Part shown: positions 12,070 to 25,459 of the stretch, in pieces | How positions within the stretch are numbered: position 1 is the stretch's first letter | Layout of the letters: each line of letters begins with the position of its first letter | Source of the DNA: Mobula birostris | Lineage: Eukaryota | Reading direction: 5' to 3' | NCBI RefSeq assembly: GCF_030028105.1 | Contig: NC_092382.1 | Span: 98,472,699 to 98,536,698 of the forward strand | DNA length: 64,000 nt | The notes under the pieces: model-generated | Told to the model about the DNA's origin: nothing | Databases searched by the model: none | Seen by the model: only the letters and a program-made list of their open reading frames with translations | Position numbers and translations under genes: made by a program

Positions 12070-13331
12070 TGCCACGTACCCCGTGACGGGAATAAAGAAA
12101 CCAGAATAAATAGAATCCACTTTGGAGTTTAGTATTGCTGATAACTAATAATATTTATTAATTACTGCGCAATACAGTAAACTAAATGAAGATAACTCAA
12201 ACAGGTTAACAAAAATTATATATATAAGTAAACACATCAGTAAGTGTGGAAAAATATGAATGGAAAACCAAGCTTCTTAAAGTCTAGGGGTAAACAGATA
12301 CGGTCTTACGATGTTGAGTAAAGTTCTGTTCAGTTCAGTTCGTGGTATTGTGACAAAAGTACACATGTAGGGTGTTAACTGTCCTCTGCTATCACCAGTG
12401 GGATCATCAGTTGATCTGCCACCTGTATTCAGGAGAGAGAGAGATAAGTAAGACAATGGAGCAGCATTTGGAAATGTTAATGAAGAGACGAGAGAGATTA
12501 ATGGAAGGAGACACCGGTCTGAGTATTGTCAAGACCGGCTGCTTTGAACCCTGAACTGTTTGAAGTCTGATGGACAGGCGATACCCCAACATGGGGGATA
12601 AAAAGGGACAGGTTCGCTGAGGCATCAGACACCACACACGACACCACGAGGTAACGAGACCCTGGAAGCGGTGTGCCCCCACAAATCTGTGGGGGTTTTT
12701 GAGGGCTGGTCGCGGGACTAGCCATAGACGTACAGGGTGGAAAGATACGGTCGGCGGGACAAGGTGTGTGTGTCTGCCCTTGCCTGGGTGCCGGGTTCAC
12801 CGCAGAGGAACGATCGTATCTGGAACGGAGGGGTCACAGTCGGTGACCTCAGAAGACACTACAAAGGGCTCGCCCGAAAGCTAACTGCGAGGAATATCGA
12901 AGGTCTGTTTGGAATCGATTTGCATAGTCATTCGTTCTCTCTCTCTCTTCAACGCCACAACAGCGATTACTGCGAACTGAACTAAATTGAACTCTGTCAC
13001 TTGTGATTGATCATTTTACCCCTAGACTGCGATAGAGCTTGATTGATCCTATTATCCTTGTTCTGTGTACGTGGGTGTTTATTCATTGCTGACCTGTTGC
13101 ATTTATATCCTTACTATTAGAGTACTGTGTTGCTTATTTCTTTAATAAAACTTTCTTAGTTCCAGTAATCCAGACTCCAACTGAGTGATCCATTTCTGCT
13201 GGTTAGGCAACCCAGTTACTGGGTACGTAACATAAGTGGGGTTCCCGTTGGCGATTTTGAACGCTAAATTTGGGACGGGGTAAATTGATTGTGTTAAAAT
13301 TCCCGAAAGAAAGAAAAGGCAAACAGCAGAA

Positions 13332-15178
13332 ATGGAGATTCAGGAATTTCTAAAGGCGCCGACCTTGGACGCATTGGAGGATGCCAGGAAAACGGAATTG
13401 GCAGCTGTGGCCAAACGGTTGAATCTTGTTAAGGGGAAGTCGACAATGAGGAGAGAGGAGATGCACAGAGCTATCATAGAGCATTATGTGTCTAAAGGTG
13501 TGTTTCCCCAAGGGGCGCTGGAGATGATGTCTATTGGAAAACCTGGTGAAGACGCAGCACAGGTGCAGATTGAAAAATTGAGACTCGAGCACGAGTTCCG
13601 GGTACGGCAGCTAGAACACGAAGAGAAAGAGAAACAGTTAGAACGGCAAGAGAGAGAGAAACCCTCAGAACGGCAAGAGAGAGAGAAACAGTTAGAACGG
13701 CAGGAGAGAGAGAGAGAGGCAGTTGGAGCGAGAAGAGTGGCAGAGGGAAAGGGAATTCGAGCTGCTGAGGTTAAAGATGAGGGCAGAACAGGGGCCCATG
13801 CCGAACCAAGCTGGATGGCTCAGGGCGACCCAGGAGGTTAGGCTGGTTCCCCCATTTGACGATACCGATGTGGATCGGTACTTTCTCCATTTCGAAAAAG
13901 TTGCTGCACGTCAGGACTGGCCGAGGGATAAGTGGGCTGTTTTGCTTCAGAGTGTACTTAAAGGAAAAGCCCAACAAGCTTACTCAGCTTTGTCCGCAGA
14001 AGATGCTCAGAGGTATGAAGTGGTGAAAGAGGCCATCCTCAGGATTTATGAGTTGGTCCCGGAGGCATACCGGCAGAGGTTCCGGAATGCGAGGAAGCAG
14101 TGGGACCGCACGTATTTAGAGTTTGCCCGTGAGATGCAGAAATATTGTGAGTGTTGGTGCGCCTCGAAGGGGGTAAATGGGGATTATGACAGACTGCTAC
14201 AGCTGATCCTGATTGAGCAGTTTAAAGGTTGTGTCCCTGACGGTATGAGACCCTATATAGATGAGAAAGAGGCAGCCAGGTTAGCTGCAACTGCTAAGCT
14301 AGCGGATGAGTACGCGTTGACACATAAAACTAAGTCTGTCCCGAATAAAGGCTACCAGAAGGGTAGTCAGGACGGCAGGGAGAGTCCGCCAGAAAAGTCA
14401 GTAAGTAAGCCGGGGACTAGTGAGAAGGGTAAGGTAGACCAGGAGCAGTCAGGTAGGAAGTCTCCTGGGGTCGTCTGTTATAATTGTGGGAAAGCTGGAC
14501 GCTTTGCGTCCAGGTGCTTTGCCCCAAAGAAGGAGACGGGAAAGGGAAAGGCGGCGCTTCCGACTGGCTGTATTGAGCTGGTAAACAAACCGCTAGGAGA
14601 GAAAAGGTCTGCCAAAGTTCAGGAATGGGGCGAGAGGTTTATCTCGGCCGGGTTGGTGCCGGTGAAGGAGAGGTTAAACCCAGTTCCAGTACGGATCTGC
14701 AGAGACACGGGAGCGTGTCAGTCATTGATATTAAAGGGTGTGTTAGACTTTAGTTCAGAGACCGAGACTGGGAAAGTCAGGGTCATAAAAGGCATTGGGA
14801 AAGGGACTGAGGCAGTACCCTTGCACCAGATACACCTAAAAAGCGATTTGGTCTCTGGACCAGTCACGATCGTTGAGGCTCGAACTACCGATGAAAGGCG
14901 TGGAGGTCTTACTGGGTAATGACCTCGCCGGGGGAATTGTGTTCGCAGCAGTGAGATTGACCGGTCAGCCTGCCAGCATTGAGGCCCCGCCCATGGACTC
15001 ACAGGTTTATCCCGTTTGCGCAGTGACTCGGCGTGTGTCCAGAAAGACTGCCGAAGTAAATTTAGCTGAGACGTTTCTACCAGCCTTGTACCAGGGGGAG
15101 ATGGAAAGTGAAAAGAAGGAGCATAGTGAAACAGGAGGAAGTGAGGGAGCTGAGGCAGACTTAGCATTAGCCAGGTAG
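13332..15178 (+). pseudogene. gag: gag-protease of the LTR element (frameshifted)
   Basis: Coiled-coil ERQEREK repeats; capsid region (VPPF...YFLHFEK, YELVPEAYRQRFR...LILIEQF, SCAN-like); zinc knuckle CYNCGKAGRFASRC (His replaced by Arg); protease RDTGA and LLGNDL. Frameshifts near 13715 (GA run) and ~14875. Confidence 0.85.
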
Positions 15179-15299
15179 GAATTTGTACAAGCGCAGGACC
15201 GAGACGAGGAGGTGATGGTTTCGGCGGAGACAGATCTCTCTGAAGCAGCATTAAAAAGGCAGCCAGTAGGCTATTGTGTGGAGGAGGCAGTGCTAAGGA

Positions 15300-16400
15300 A
15301 GAAAGGGAGACCAAGTACCGTACCCGCAGATGAGGAATGGGGGATGGCGCCAAAAATTTATGGGGATTAGATTCTTAACCTGGTCCACAAGATACCCCTC
15401 GGTGGACATTTTGGGGGAGGAAAACAGTCGGCGGAATCATGAAAGAAGTTTACTGGCTGCACAGAAGGAAGAATGTTATTGACTATTGCAGACGTGAGTT
15501 AACACAGTTAGAAGCTATTAACATGTTAAAAGTCCACCACGATCAGAAAACAGATCTAGCTGGAGATATCATGAAAATTAATGAGGCTAGGGTGCCACCT
15601 GATAAGGGGAGGACCCATTTTGCAAAGATAAGCGTGGTGCCGACCTGATGGGAGATGTCTATTGTTTTGACCTGTTTTGCTGATAAGTTCTCTCACCTAA
15701 CCCCCGAACAAAGCGGGCATATTGATAAAGCTAATTAAACTGCTAATTAAACAAGTCTAGACGTCCTGAGGCGATGCGAAGGCCTGGGACATGGGGCTGT
15801 TGTCACATCAGGTCAGCCTAGTGAGCAACACCTCTATAGAAAGATTAATTCAGTGACAAACGGGCTAAAGAACACAGAAGTGTATATTGGCAATGTAGTG
15901 GTCTGCAGTAACACCTGGGAGGATCTGTTTAAAAAGCTGTTTGAAGCCAGCCTGACAGTAAACCTCGAAAAGAGTGAATTCGAGCACGAAAAAGTCACTT
16001 ATCTGGGACTTGTGGTAGGACAGGGGCAGCTGGCTCCGATGCAAGCTCAGTTGCGGGCTATCGCTGAAGTCCCCACTCCGACAGACAAGAGAGCCCTGAG
16101 AAGGTTCTTCGAGATGGTGGGGTACTATCGGAAGTTCTGCAGGAAAAAAAAAACAACTTTGCGGATAGTACTCACCCTCATATTAAACCCCTGCCAAAGA
16201 ATGCTAATTGGTATGGGACGACCCTTGTTATCTGTGTCCGGGGCGAAAACCACTGAGAAGTTACACTGATCACAATTCATTAGTGTTTCTGGCCACTATG
16301 AAGTCTGCTTAGTTGGAGCCTGGTTTGAGAGGATTATTAAAATATCACGCATAAAAGGAACAGAAAATGTGATTGCTGACTGTCTGTCAGGTGTTGACAA
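15300..16400 (+). pseudogene. pol: Fragmentary pol remnants (integrase Zn-finger start, RT palm/thumb, RNase H end)
   Basis: H.IPLGGHFG and YW...NVIDYCR, then VYIGNVVV (YIDD position), VTYLG..VG.G and MVGYYRKFC, then HIKGTENVIADCLS. Confidence 0.75.
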
Positions 16401-18127
16401 CTTAAAATTCTCTGTATGAGACAAATAGCTGATGAAGATGTATATTTGTATGTATCCAATGATGCATTCATGCTAGTAATTTTTACCCCGGTAAAAATCC
16501 TTAAAGGGGAGGGGTGTGACAAAAGTACACATAGACTAAGATGTTAACTGTACTGTGCTATCACCAGTGGGATCATCAGTTGATCTGCCACCCGTCGTCA
16601 GGAGACAGAGATAAGTAAGACAATGGAGCAGCAGTTGGAAATGTTAATGAAGAGACGAGAGAGATTAACGGAAGGAAACACCGGTCTAAGTTTTATCAAG
16701 ACCGGCTGCTTTGAACCCTGAACTGTTTGAAGTCTGATGCACAGGCGATACCCCAACAGGGGGGATAAAAACGGACAGGTTCGCTAAGGAAACAGACACC
16801 ACACACGACACCACGAGGTAACAAGACCCTGGAAGCGGTGTGCCCCCAGAAGTCGGTGGGAGTTTTGGAGGGCTGTCGCGGGACCAGCCATAGACACACC
16901 GGGCGGAAAGATGCAGTCGGCGGGAACCTGGTGTATGTGTCCGCACTTGCCTGGATGCCGGGTTCACCGCAGCGGAACGATCGTATCTGGAACGGAGGGG
17001 TCACAGTCGGTGACCTCAGAAGACACTTCAAAGGGCTCGCCCGAAAGCTAACTGCGAGGAATATCGAAGGTCTGTTTGGAATCCGATTTGCATAGTCATT
17101 CGTTCTCTCTCTCTCTTCAACGCCACAACAGCGATTACTGCGAACTGAACTAAATTGAACTCTGTCACTTGTGATTGATCATTTTACCCCTCGACTGCGA
17201 TAGAGCTTGATTGATCCTATTATCCTAGTTCTGTGTACATGTGTTTATTCATTGCTGACCTGTTGCATTTATATCCTTACTATTAGAATACTGAGTTGCT
17301 TATTTCTTTAATAAAACTTTCTTAGTTCCAGTAATCCAAACTCCAACTGAGTGATCCATTTCTGCTGGTTTGGCAACCCATTTACGGGGTACGTAACAGT
17401 ATGTAGTTGAATAGTGATGCAGAGAGAGAGACAGCAAGTTAAGTCTTCAGGTGAGCTATGTCGTCTATTTCTTCGTCGTCCTCCGAATTCCTTCACAAGT
17501 TACAGTCTGGAACTTTAACAACAAAGGGGACAGTACTTCGGTGTGGTTGAGCTGTCTACCCAGGCTAGAGTCGGACACATGGACAACTCCCCACCGGTCC
17601 TGCCTTTGAATTTTCACTGGCAGAGCAATTAGATCAATCCGCCTGATCGATCCTCCAAAACCAACTTTCTCTGCAGGCACAACTAAGCTAATTCAGTGTC
17701 CCGGTCATGTGTCTGAAGTATATATAATATGACCTACTATTTCTTTCACTGTGCTGAGCATCTCCTGTCATTCGAAGAGTCCCTCCTTCCTTTGTCTGTA
17801 AAGGAATGCGAGCAGGCAGCAAGTCCTTGGAAGTAACATCAACAATGTGCTGTCGGTCACCATAGCAACCTTCGAGCTGCTAAGTTTTTATCTCCAAAGT
17901 AAAACTCTAAACTTAACTCCAGTGAAGGTCTAACCGTCAATCTTCGTCACTCTCCCTTTTCCAAACAAACTATCAATGATAAATAACTCTCTCTGTCTCT
18001 CTTCAAAAAGTTAATAGGGGCACTCCTGGATCCCCTCACACTGGCATGTCCCGCAGGACTGAAAGATTACAAACGTCACACTACTCTTTACGAAGTGAGG
18101 AAGGCAAAATCGTCCGGGATGAAGCTG

Positions 18128-18836
18128 TGTAACAGCCCATTAAGTTACTGTGGAAATGGACCTGGAGACGTTTGCGACTGGTGTGAGTCCGAGAAAGTTC
18201 CGGTTAAACATGCGTGCGTGTTAAGTAGGGAACATTTTCACACTTCGGAAGAAGTGCTAATGCCAGATGTCCCTGGTTCAATCCCGGACAAGCCCCACGA
18301 ATGGAACGCTCAGTGTTACCGGCTCGGGCATATCGAGGGGAAACCACGTCCGCCCTCCAAACCTTGTCTCGCGTTTGTGTAGTTGTTGTGTTGTACACCC
18401 TGGTTTAAACTGACACGTCAAATATCAGACATCACACAATGAACGTTTCACAGATTACACTTTATAGATCTTACTGGAGCTATGCAATTAATAGAGATAC
18501 AATATAAAATGAAATTAGAAGGCGCGAAACTTATCAGAGTCAACCACTTCGTGCACAACCGTCGGAGCTCAATTAACGGGGTCTTCTTTCCACCATGCGA
18601 TCATTTCCGACCTCTTCGACCCGCCCCCTGGGACCAAACACGGTGGTAGACCAGAGCGCGTACAGCATGTCCTTCCTCTTCGGTTCTCCTCCCGAAACAC
18701 CCGGGAAATCACCCACGTTCGCACACAAACAAATAGAATAACATTAGCACTGATTGGGACGTTTTCTACCTTATCAATTGTGTAACCCAAACAAGCAGGG
18801 AGAGAGAAAACTCCTTACAACGCAGTTGTTATTACA
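18128..18836. repeat. Unclassified LTR-like interspersed repeat (paralog ~33500-34143)
   Basis: About 700 bp bounded by TGTAAC...ATTACA and duplicated in the next unit; no coding similarity recognised. Confidence 0.4.
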
Positions 18837-18919
18837 GGAAAGCCATTTTATATGACATACAAAGAAGCCAGTTTAGACACCATTGCAGCCAGTGTAACCA
18901 AGACCCAGTTACAATTGCA

Positions 18920-20230
18920 AGAGGGAACACGTAATATTGCTGGGACCTTGATCGGCTTCCTCATGTCAACTCCAGCCACAGGCGAAGTCCCGCAGGTCTG
19001 GGCAGTGAAAATGTTTTATCTCTTTTTCGAACGAGAAACGGTAACAATCCCGGAAACTATGGATAAGTGAGACTTATTTCAGTTAAATGGACATAGGAGG
19101 TAAAAAATCCGTATGTCCAGGATTTACGACAGTTGGAAAACCCAAACAGATTAGGGAGAGCTAGCATGGCTCTGTTCGGGGCAGATCTTCTCTTACAACT
19201 TGAAAGAGTATGTTAACGAGGTGAGGAAAGGGATTGATGAGGGTAGGGCAGTGGATGCTCAGCACGTGGTATCAGTCAGGCGTTTGACATACTCGCTCAA
19301 GGGGAGATGCAAAGGGAACGGCGGACAATTGGTTGCTTGGACTCATAACATATTTGTGCACAGACGGCAGAGTGAGATGACTGAAGGGACTTATCCGAGA
19401 TGGAGATCTGCAATTAGTGATGCTCGACAGTGATCTACGCAGGGATCCCTGCTGCTTGTGATGTATATAAATTACCTGGATGAAAATCTAGGTGGGCTGG
19501 CTAGTACATTTGCGGATGATGCCAAGATTGATGGAGTTGTGGCCACTGTAAAAGACTGGCAAAGCACAGATGAGTTGCAGATATTAACAACGACAGGACA
19601 GATGGAAATTAACCCAGATAAATCCGAGATGCAGCACGCTGGTATCAAGCAAATGTAAAGAAACAGTACAGTGTTTGGGCAAGCTCCTGAAGAGTGTTGC
19701 TGAGCAGAGCTACCTTGGGATCTAAGGTCACAGCCTCTTGAAAGTGTCTACGCAGGTCAACAAGGTGAATAAGAGACTTTTAGAATACGCAAGTCAGCAA
19801 GGATCTCAATTAAAGACATAATGTTGCAAATTGTGAAAACTCTGGTTAGGCCACATCGGAACGCTGCCTGGATTAGACAACATGTCTTATGACGAGAGCC
19901 TGGACAAACGGGTAGTTTTCCCTGAAGCGCCGGAGGCTCAAGGGAGATTTGGCAGAAGTTTATAAGCTTAGGAGAGGCATAGATAGAGAAATAGGGAGTA
20001 TCTGTACCCAAGTATTCAAATATCGAAGAGAAGAGGCTATGCATCGAAAATGAGAGGAAGTAGTTTCAAGCGGGATGTGAGGAATAGTTGTTGTTGTTTT
20101 TTTTTCACTCTGAGAGCGTGGATGCCTGGAATGCGCTGCCTGGTATGGACGTGGAGTCAAATACATTAGATGATTTTAGGAGACGTCTGGATAGTCATAA
20201 GGATGTAAGAAGATGGAGGATATTAAAATT
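18920..20230 (+). mobile_element. Decayed CR1 RT/3' fragment (paralog ~34240-35490)
   Basis: IDEGRAVD and YINYLDE...STFADDAKI motifs. Confidence 0.8.
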
Positions 20231-20314
20231 GCTGATGTAGGACTGATGAGTGCTTGAGTATTCTTAAGCTCTATGTTCCGAGTAATTGACACGTGACTCC
20301 CTCAGCTGAGATTT

Positions 20315-20316
<2 letters not shown>

Positions 20317-20362
<46 letters not shown>
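20317..20362. repeat. (AC)n microsatellite
   Basis: Direct reading; absent from the paralogous position ~35545. Confidence 0.95.
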
Positions 20363-20364
<2 letters not shown>

Positions 20365-21833
20365 ATATGGAAATGTATCAACACGCAATGAATATCGAGG
20401 CTATCCGATGAGGAGCCCTTGAAAATCAGTCCATATGTCATGGAAACATGAGGAAATCTGTCATGGTGCAGGTCAATGTCAGGGTTTGAATTTTTGAGGG
20501 GTATTAACTGTTATGATCGTGGTCGTGTGAGTGCTAACGCCCCTGTATCTCCGTCCAGGTGGCAGCAGCGTGAAGAGAGCATGGCCTGGGTCATGGAGAT
20601 CACTGATGATGCATTTTGCTTCCTTGAATCTGCGTTCCTTGTAGACGTATTCTGTCTGGGTAGTTTACTACCTGAGGGTATGAACAGCAGAAACTCCTTT
20701 GTCCACACTCACTACTCTCTCCTGTTCCATCCACGTTCCTGGTTCCTCTCTCGTTTCTTGTTCTCAGCTCACTTACCCATCTTCTCCCCCGGTGAACGCC
20801 CTTCCTCGCTTTCGTGTACTAGCGAGTGTCCTCAGGTTCCCACATCTACGTTCTCGTACAGTTTCCGCCGATCACCGCTCAGCTTCCTACATACCCCGCC
20901 CGATTCTACACTGTCCATCACTTATTTTCACAACCCCCCCGTCAGTAGGCAATCTACCTCATCGTCCCCTCAGCCGGCCCCTTGACCTTTCCAATCCAGA
21001 AAAAGTCTCTCCAAAGTGTCAGCTGTTCATTCTCTTCATTGGAACATGACAGCACCAGAGCAGTCCCGTCGCCCCACAAAGTCGCACTGTGCCAGTTAGG
21101 TAAGTAACCTAATGGCTAACCAATCTTATCTGCTTGAATTATGAGCATGTCCTTCCATTTTCCTCAGAGGCACATGTCTGTATCAGCAGCTCCCCAATGT
21201 CTCCCCTCCTTGTGTCCCTACCACCACACCAGGAAGTGCATCCCATGCACCCACTACTCTCTGTGTAAAGGTCTTGCTCTTTAGAGTTCATTTGAAATTA
21301 CCTCCCGAAGATCCTCCGGCGCCTTGTGTATGTTTCAAATTAAATTTTGGGTCGTCTGTAACATTATTAGTCAACTCATTTACATGCATCCAATTTATTT
21401 ATATGTGTCACAAATCCCGGAACAACTCACTGTCGAACTTATTCTACAGGATGTTATTTCTCCTTTGTAATTAAAATGCGATTCCCGGGTGACAACATTG
21501 AAATCTCCGCATTGTCGACTGCCATCTTCTGCTGGCATACGAATCTACTTTTCTTTTATGTTTGCATAGTGTTATCAAAATCCAGAGGGGTCATAGCCAT
21601 GGACTTACCTGCCTGGGAGATATTACCGTATTTCTCAACCGTTTCGAAGCAACAGACACTGAACTGCCGTATTACTTTGACACAGGTATGATTTCTGTGA
21701 CCACAGTTTCAACCCATCTGCACTTTTACCGAGCCTCCTTCAACATCTCCAACTCCATCACGTCCCAGTGGCCCTTCAATTTGTAATAACCTACCAGATA
21801 AAATGGGATAGCTTGGGCGGTATCGGAGAAGTG

Positions 21834-22747
21834 TCACCGAGGATTAATGCAATCCTGACAACGCCGAATGAACTTTGCCATGAGGCGTAAGGGCGATTTC
21901 ACCGTCTCCTTCAGCTGCTCCCTGAACCTGGCCTGGACCACGGCGTAAAGGGCCGTGTTGGTGCAGCAGCTGAGGAGCTGCAGCATGTAGCCCAGTTCCC
22001 GCAGAGAACTCGGGGGAATCGAATGTAATCTCTCCCATATGGAATACACCGTCAGCAGCGCCCACAGCAGGATGAAATTCCCCGACATAACCAGCAGTAA
22101 GAGGAGGGCTTGCCTGCGGTTCTTCAACTCCAGGTCGGGGGACATTTCGCCATCCCGCGAACCACGGAGTCTCCTCCGGGCTCGGCTGGCTACGAAGACG
22201 TGTCTGATGGTTAAACTATTGAGCAGGATTATCAGGACAAAGGGGAATATTGGGGTGAGGAGGAAATGAATCAGTAGAAATGTTGCCAGCTGAGAATAGG
22301 AAAATAAACGGAAACTGGTCAGGCACAGCAAGGAACTATTTAATGACGAATATGACTTATCGAGCATAAAGTACCAGAATATGTTCTTTACGCAGCTCAG
22401 CACAGTCACTGTCCCCAGAACCAGAGCCGCCGCTCTCCCGGTGCAGTATCTTCGTTTCAGCTCCTGAAAACAAATGGCGACAAACCGATCAAAGGTGAAA
22501 GTGACGGTGAACCAGACAGAACAGTCCGTGGCGGCGTAGAACACAACGGCGTGGATATTACACACGGGAGCACGACGTGACCAGTAGAGAAACTCCATTG
22601 GCACGTTAGTCACCGGAATCTTGTTCAATACCAGATCGAAGAGAACGACGAGCTGATCCGCTGCTACCATGGCAACCAGGTACCTTGTGACGCCTTCGGA
22701 GAGACCGCACTTTCCCCGAGACAGGATGACGATTGTCACCACGTTCA
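21834..22747 (-). CDS. GPCR copy 2, coding exon 2
   Basis: Same acceptor (ccgcacag|TGAAC); TFDRFVAIC and LSCCTNTALY motifs; TGA at 21834-21836. With exon 25460-25640 gives 1095 nt = 364 aa. Confidence 0.92.
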
Positions 22748-24424
22748 CTGTGCGGACGGAAATATAGAAGATTAATACACTTTCGGATGGAAACTTTCTC
22801 TGAAAGCAACTATTTTAATCGATAGCCCTCCCAAGAGCAGAGATGAACATGGAACTATGAAGGAGATTATCAGGATCATTATTAAATTGGTAGTAATTAC
22901 AATGCACCTGCTGAAGTTCAGAAGGATGAGAGGAGTCTCATTGAAACTCATTGAACATTGAAAGGCCGAGATATCGTGGACGCGGAGAGGGTTGCTTCTG
23001 CCGTGGGGCAGTCTACAACCTGAAGACGAGGCTTCACAATAAAAAGACATCCCTTTAGAACGGAGATGGGTCGTAATTTCTTCAGACCGAGACAGGTGAA
23101 TGTGTGTAATTCAGCGGCACAGACGGTTCATTGAAACCATTGGCAGAGGAGAGTGATGGGTGCTTTATTCATGAGGTCGCCGATGGCTACGGGGCTGGGC
23201 GCCAGAATGTGGTTGAGTGCGATAATGAATCAGCTACACGGAATGGCGGCGTAGGCTCGGTGCTCGGCTGGTCGAATTTAGCTTCTGACCCTTATGAGCA
23301 AAGCAGTGAAAGCAATCGATGCCTGAAACGTATTCTGATCTTTAGCACAAGGAGAATGAGTTGCAAACGGGAAGTGTTAGGAGAGTAATGAACGAATTAA
23401 TGTACCAAGTACCAGGGTGACAGAAATTCAACTCCCCTCAGCTGTAAACACGAGAGAAAGTGAGAATATAAGAACATTAATAGTAGGAGCAGGAATAGTC
23501 CATCTGTTCGGACTGGCATGATCTGACAATGAAGAAGATCATGGCTGATCTGACCATGGACTCATCGCCGCATACCTACCTTTTCCTCATAGCCCTTAAT
23601 TCGTCTACTATGCAAAATCTATGGCAGCCAATCTTAAATATATTTATTGAAGTTGCCTCCAGTGCTGCACTGAGCAGAGAATTCCACAATTCACCGGCCT
23701 CTGAGAGAAGAAATTCCTCCTCAACACGGTCCTAAGTTCAGTCCGCAGAATCCTCAGGCTGTGTCCCGTAGTTCTAACCTCCCCTACCAATGGAAACAGC
23801 CTTCCGGCGACTATCTTATCTATCCATTCCATAATTTTATATGTTTCTAGCGACTTCCTTTCATTCTTCTGAGTTCCAGCGAGTACGATCCCAATCGAAA
23901 CAATTTCCCCTCATAGCCGAACCACCTCAGCTCTGCAATCAATTGGTGAACCGTCTGCACAGCCAGTTTACCAATCCTCAAGTCGGGAGACCAGAACTGC
24001 ACAGTACTCCAAATGCCTCCTTAATAGTACCTTGACCAGCTGCAGCACATCCTCCCTACTCTTTAACTCAATCCCTCTGACAACAAAGGCTAACATCCTA
24101 TTTACTTTCTTGACAGTCTGCTGCACCTGCAAACCAAACTTTTGTGATTTAAAGCACAAGTAATCCAAAGCGCCTCCGCACAGCAGCATACTGCAATCGT
24201 TTACCACGTAAATAATATTCTGTTCTTACAATTGTCCTTCCCATTCGATAACTTCGCATTTACCAACTTTGCACTCCATCTGCCAGGCGATGCTATATTC
24301 GCTGAACATATTAATATCTCTCTGCATGTTGTCAGTTTCCTGTGCACTCTTTGTGTCGGCGACCGATCATGGAAGTGATGATGCCCACGTACCCTTATGC
24401 TTTTTAACTGGTGAGACGTTGGAC

Positions 24425-24858
24425 TGTTATGTAACTCGTGGATATCTTGTGACTGTCTTGTGACCATGATGTAATTGAGTATCTTGTATGATTAGGAAGG
24501 GTTGTGAAATGTTCATTCGCCAGGACAAGGTCAGTTCATTTAAACCATTTTATTTCCTTTTCCGTGAATCCATTGGACAGAATCAGCAGTAACGGCACAT
24601 CTCGAAGACATCCGTTTCCAGAGATGTCTCTCCTGATTGACGATGTAAATCACTTGGGCTTTCGAAGTTACCATGTTGATACTGTGTTCGAATTTATCAC
24701 TTTATGAACTGTCCAGGGTTGCCGCATAGCAGTTAACTTCTGGTTAAGTTAGTCGTTTGAATATTTTTCGCTATTACAGAGCAGAATGTAATAAACGTTT
24801 GTCTGTTTGTTTATAAAAACTGTCACAATTATATATTTGTGTTGCGGGTCACATGACA
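24425..24858 (+). mobile_element. Internally deleted solo LTR in copy 2 intron
   Basis: Near-identical to 4189-4623, with the same internal deletion. Confidence 0.7.
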
Positions 24859-25459
24859 TAAGCTATTTGTTTGTTTATATATTTTCAAATTAATTCCGCT
24901 GATACTATATTCTGCCAACATATTTAACCTACCTAAAAGAACGACTCTCATTTACCTATGTTGAACTTCATCTGCCTCTTCTTAACGCAGTTTTGCATCC
25001 TCTCAAAGTCCAGCGGTAACCTCTGACAGCCCTCCACACTATCCACAACGCCCCCAACATTCTTTCATCACCAAATTTACTAACCCATCGCTACCACTTC
25101 CTCATCCAGGTCCCTTATAAAAAAATCAGGAAGAGTAGGAGTGTCAGAACAGATCCCTGAACCACACCACTGATCAACGACCTCAATGCAGAATATGACA
25201 GTCTACAACAACACTTTGCCTTCTGTGGGTAAGCCATTTCTGTATCCGCATAGCAATGTCCCCTTGGATGACATGCCTCCTAAATTTCACAATAAGTCTT
25301 GCATGGGGTACCTTATCAAATACACTCAGCCGATGTTTGCTGAAGCGATACCGGTTGGAAAGACCTGTCTTGCAATTAGCGAGTCGTTAGAATACAGGAT
25401 GAATGAGAAGCTAACTTCTATTTTTCAACATAATCATGAGGAAGAGACGAGACACTTAC

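Larger units (their letters stand above)
12349..17398 (+). mobile_element. Gmr1-like Gypsy LTR retrotransposon, two LTRs, pol internally deleted (non-autonomous)
   Basis: LTRs 12349-13232 and 16515-17398 (884 bp each, TG...CA); TSD GTAT at 12345-12348 and 17399-17402; degenerate tRNA-Pro-type PBS (TGGGGTTCCCGTTGGCGATT) after the 5' LTR; PPT AAAGGGGAGGGG at 16503-16514. Confidence 0.95.
12070..18040 (-). mobile_element. Solo LTR (pieces 12070-12348 and 17399-18040) split by a younger LTR element
   Basis: Reverse complement reads TGTGAGGGG...GGGGTACGTGGCA with AATAAA and a 3' end similar to the inner element's LTR. 4-bp TSD CTGG at 12066-12069 and 18041-18044. Confidence 0.8.

Noticed and set aside
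13620-13720. 27-bp tandem repeats as a CRISPR-like array
   Set aside because: Coding coiled-coil repeats of gag with no unique spacers, in a eukaryotic context with no cas genes.
13723-14919. Possible domesticated SCAN/gag host gene
   Set aside because: It sits between LTRs with TSDs, is frameshifted twice and has a mutated zinc knuckle, consistent with a decaying transposon.
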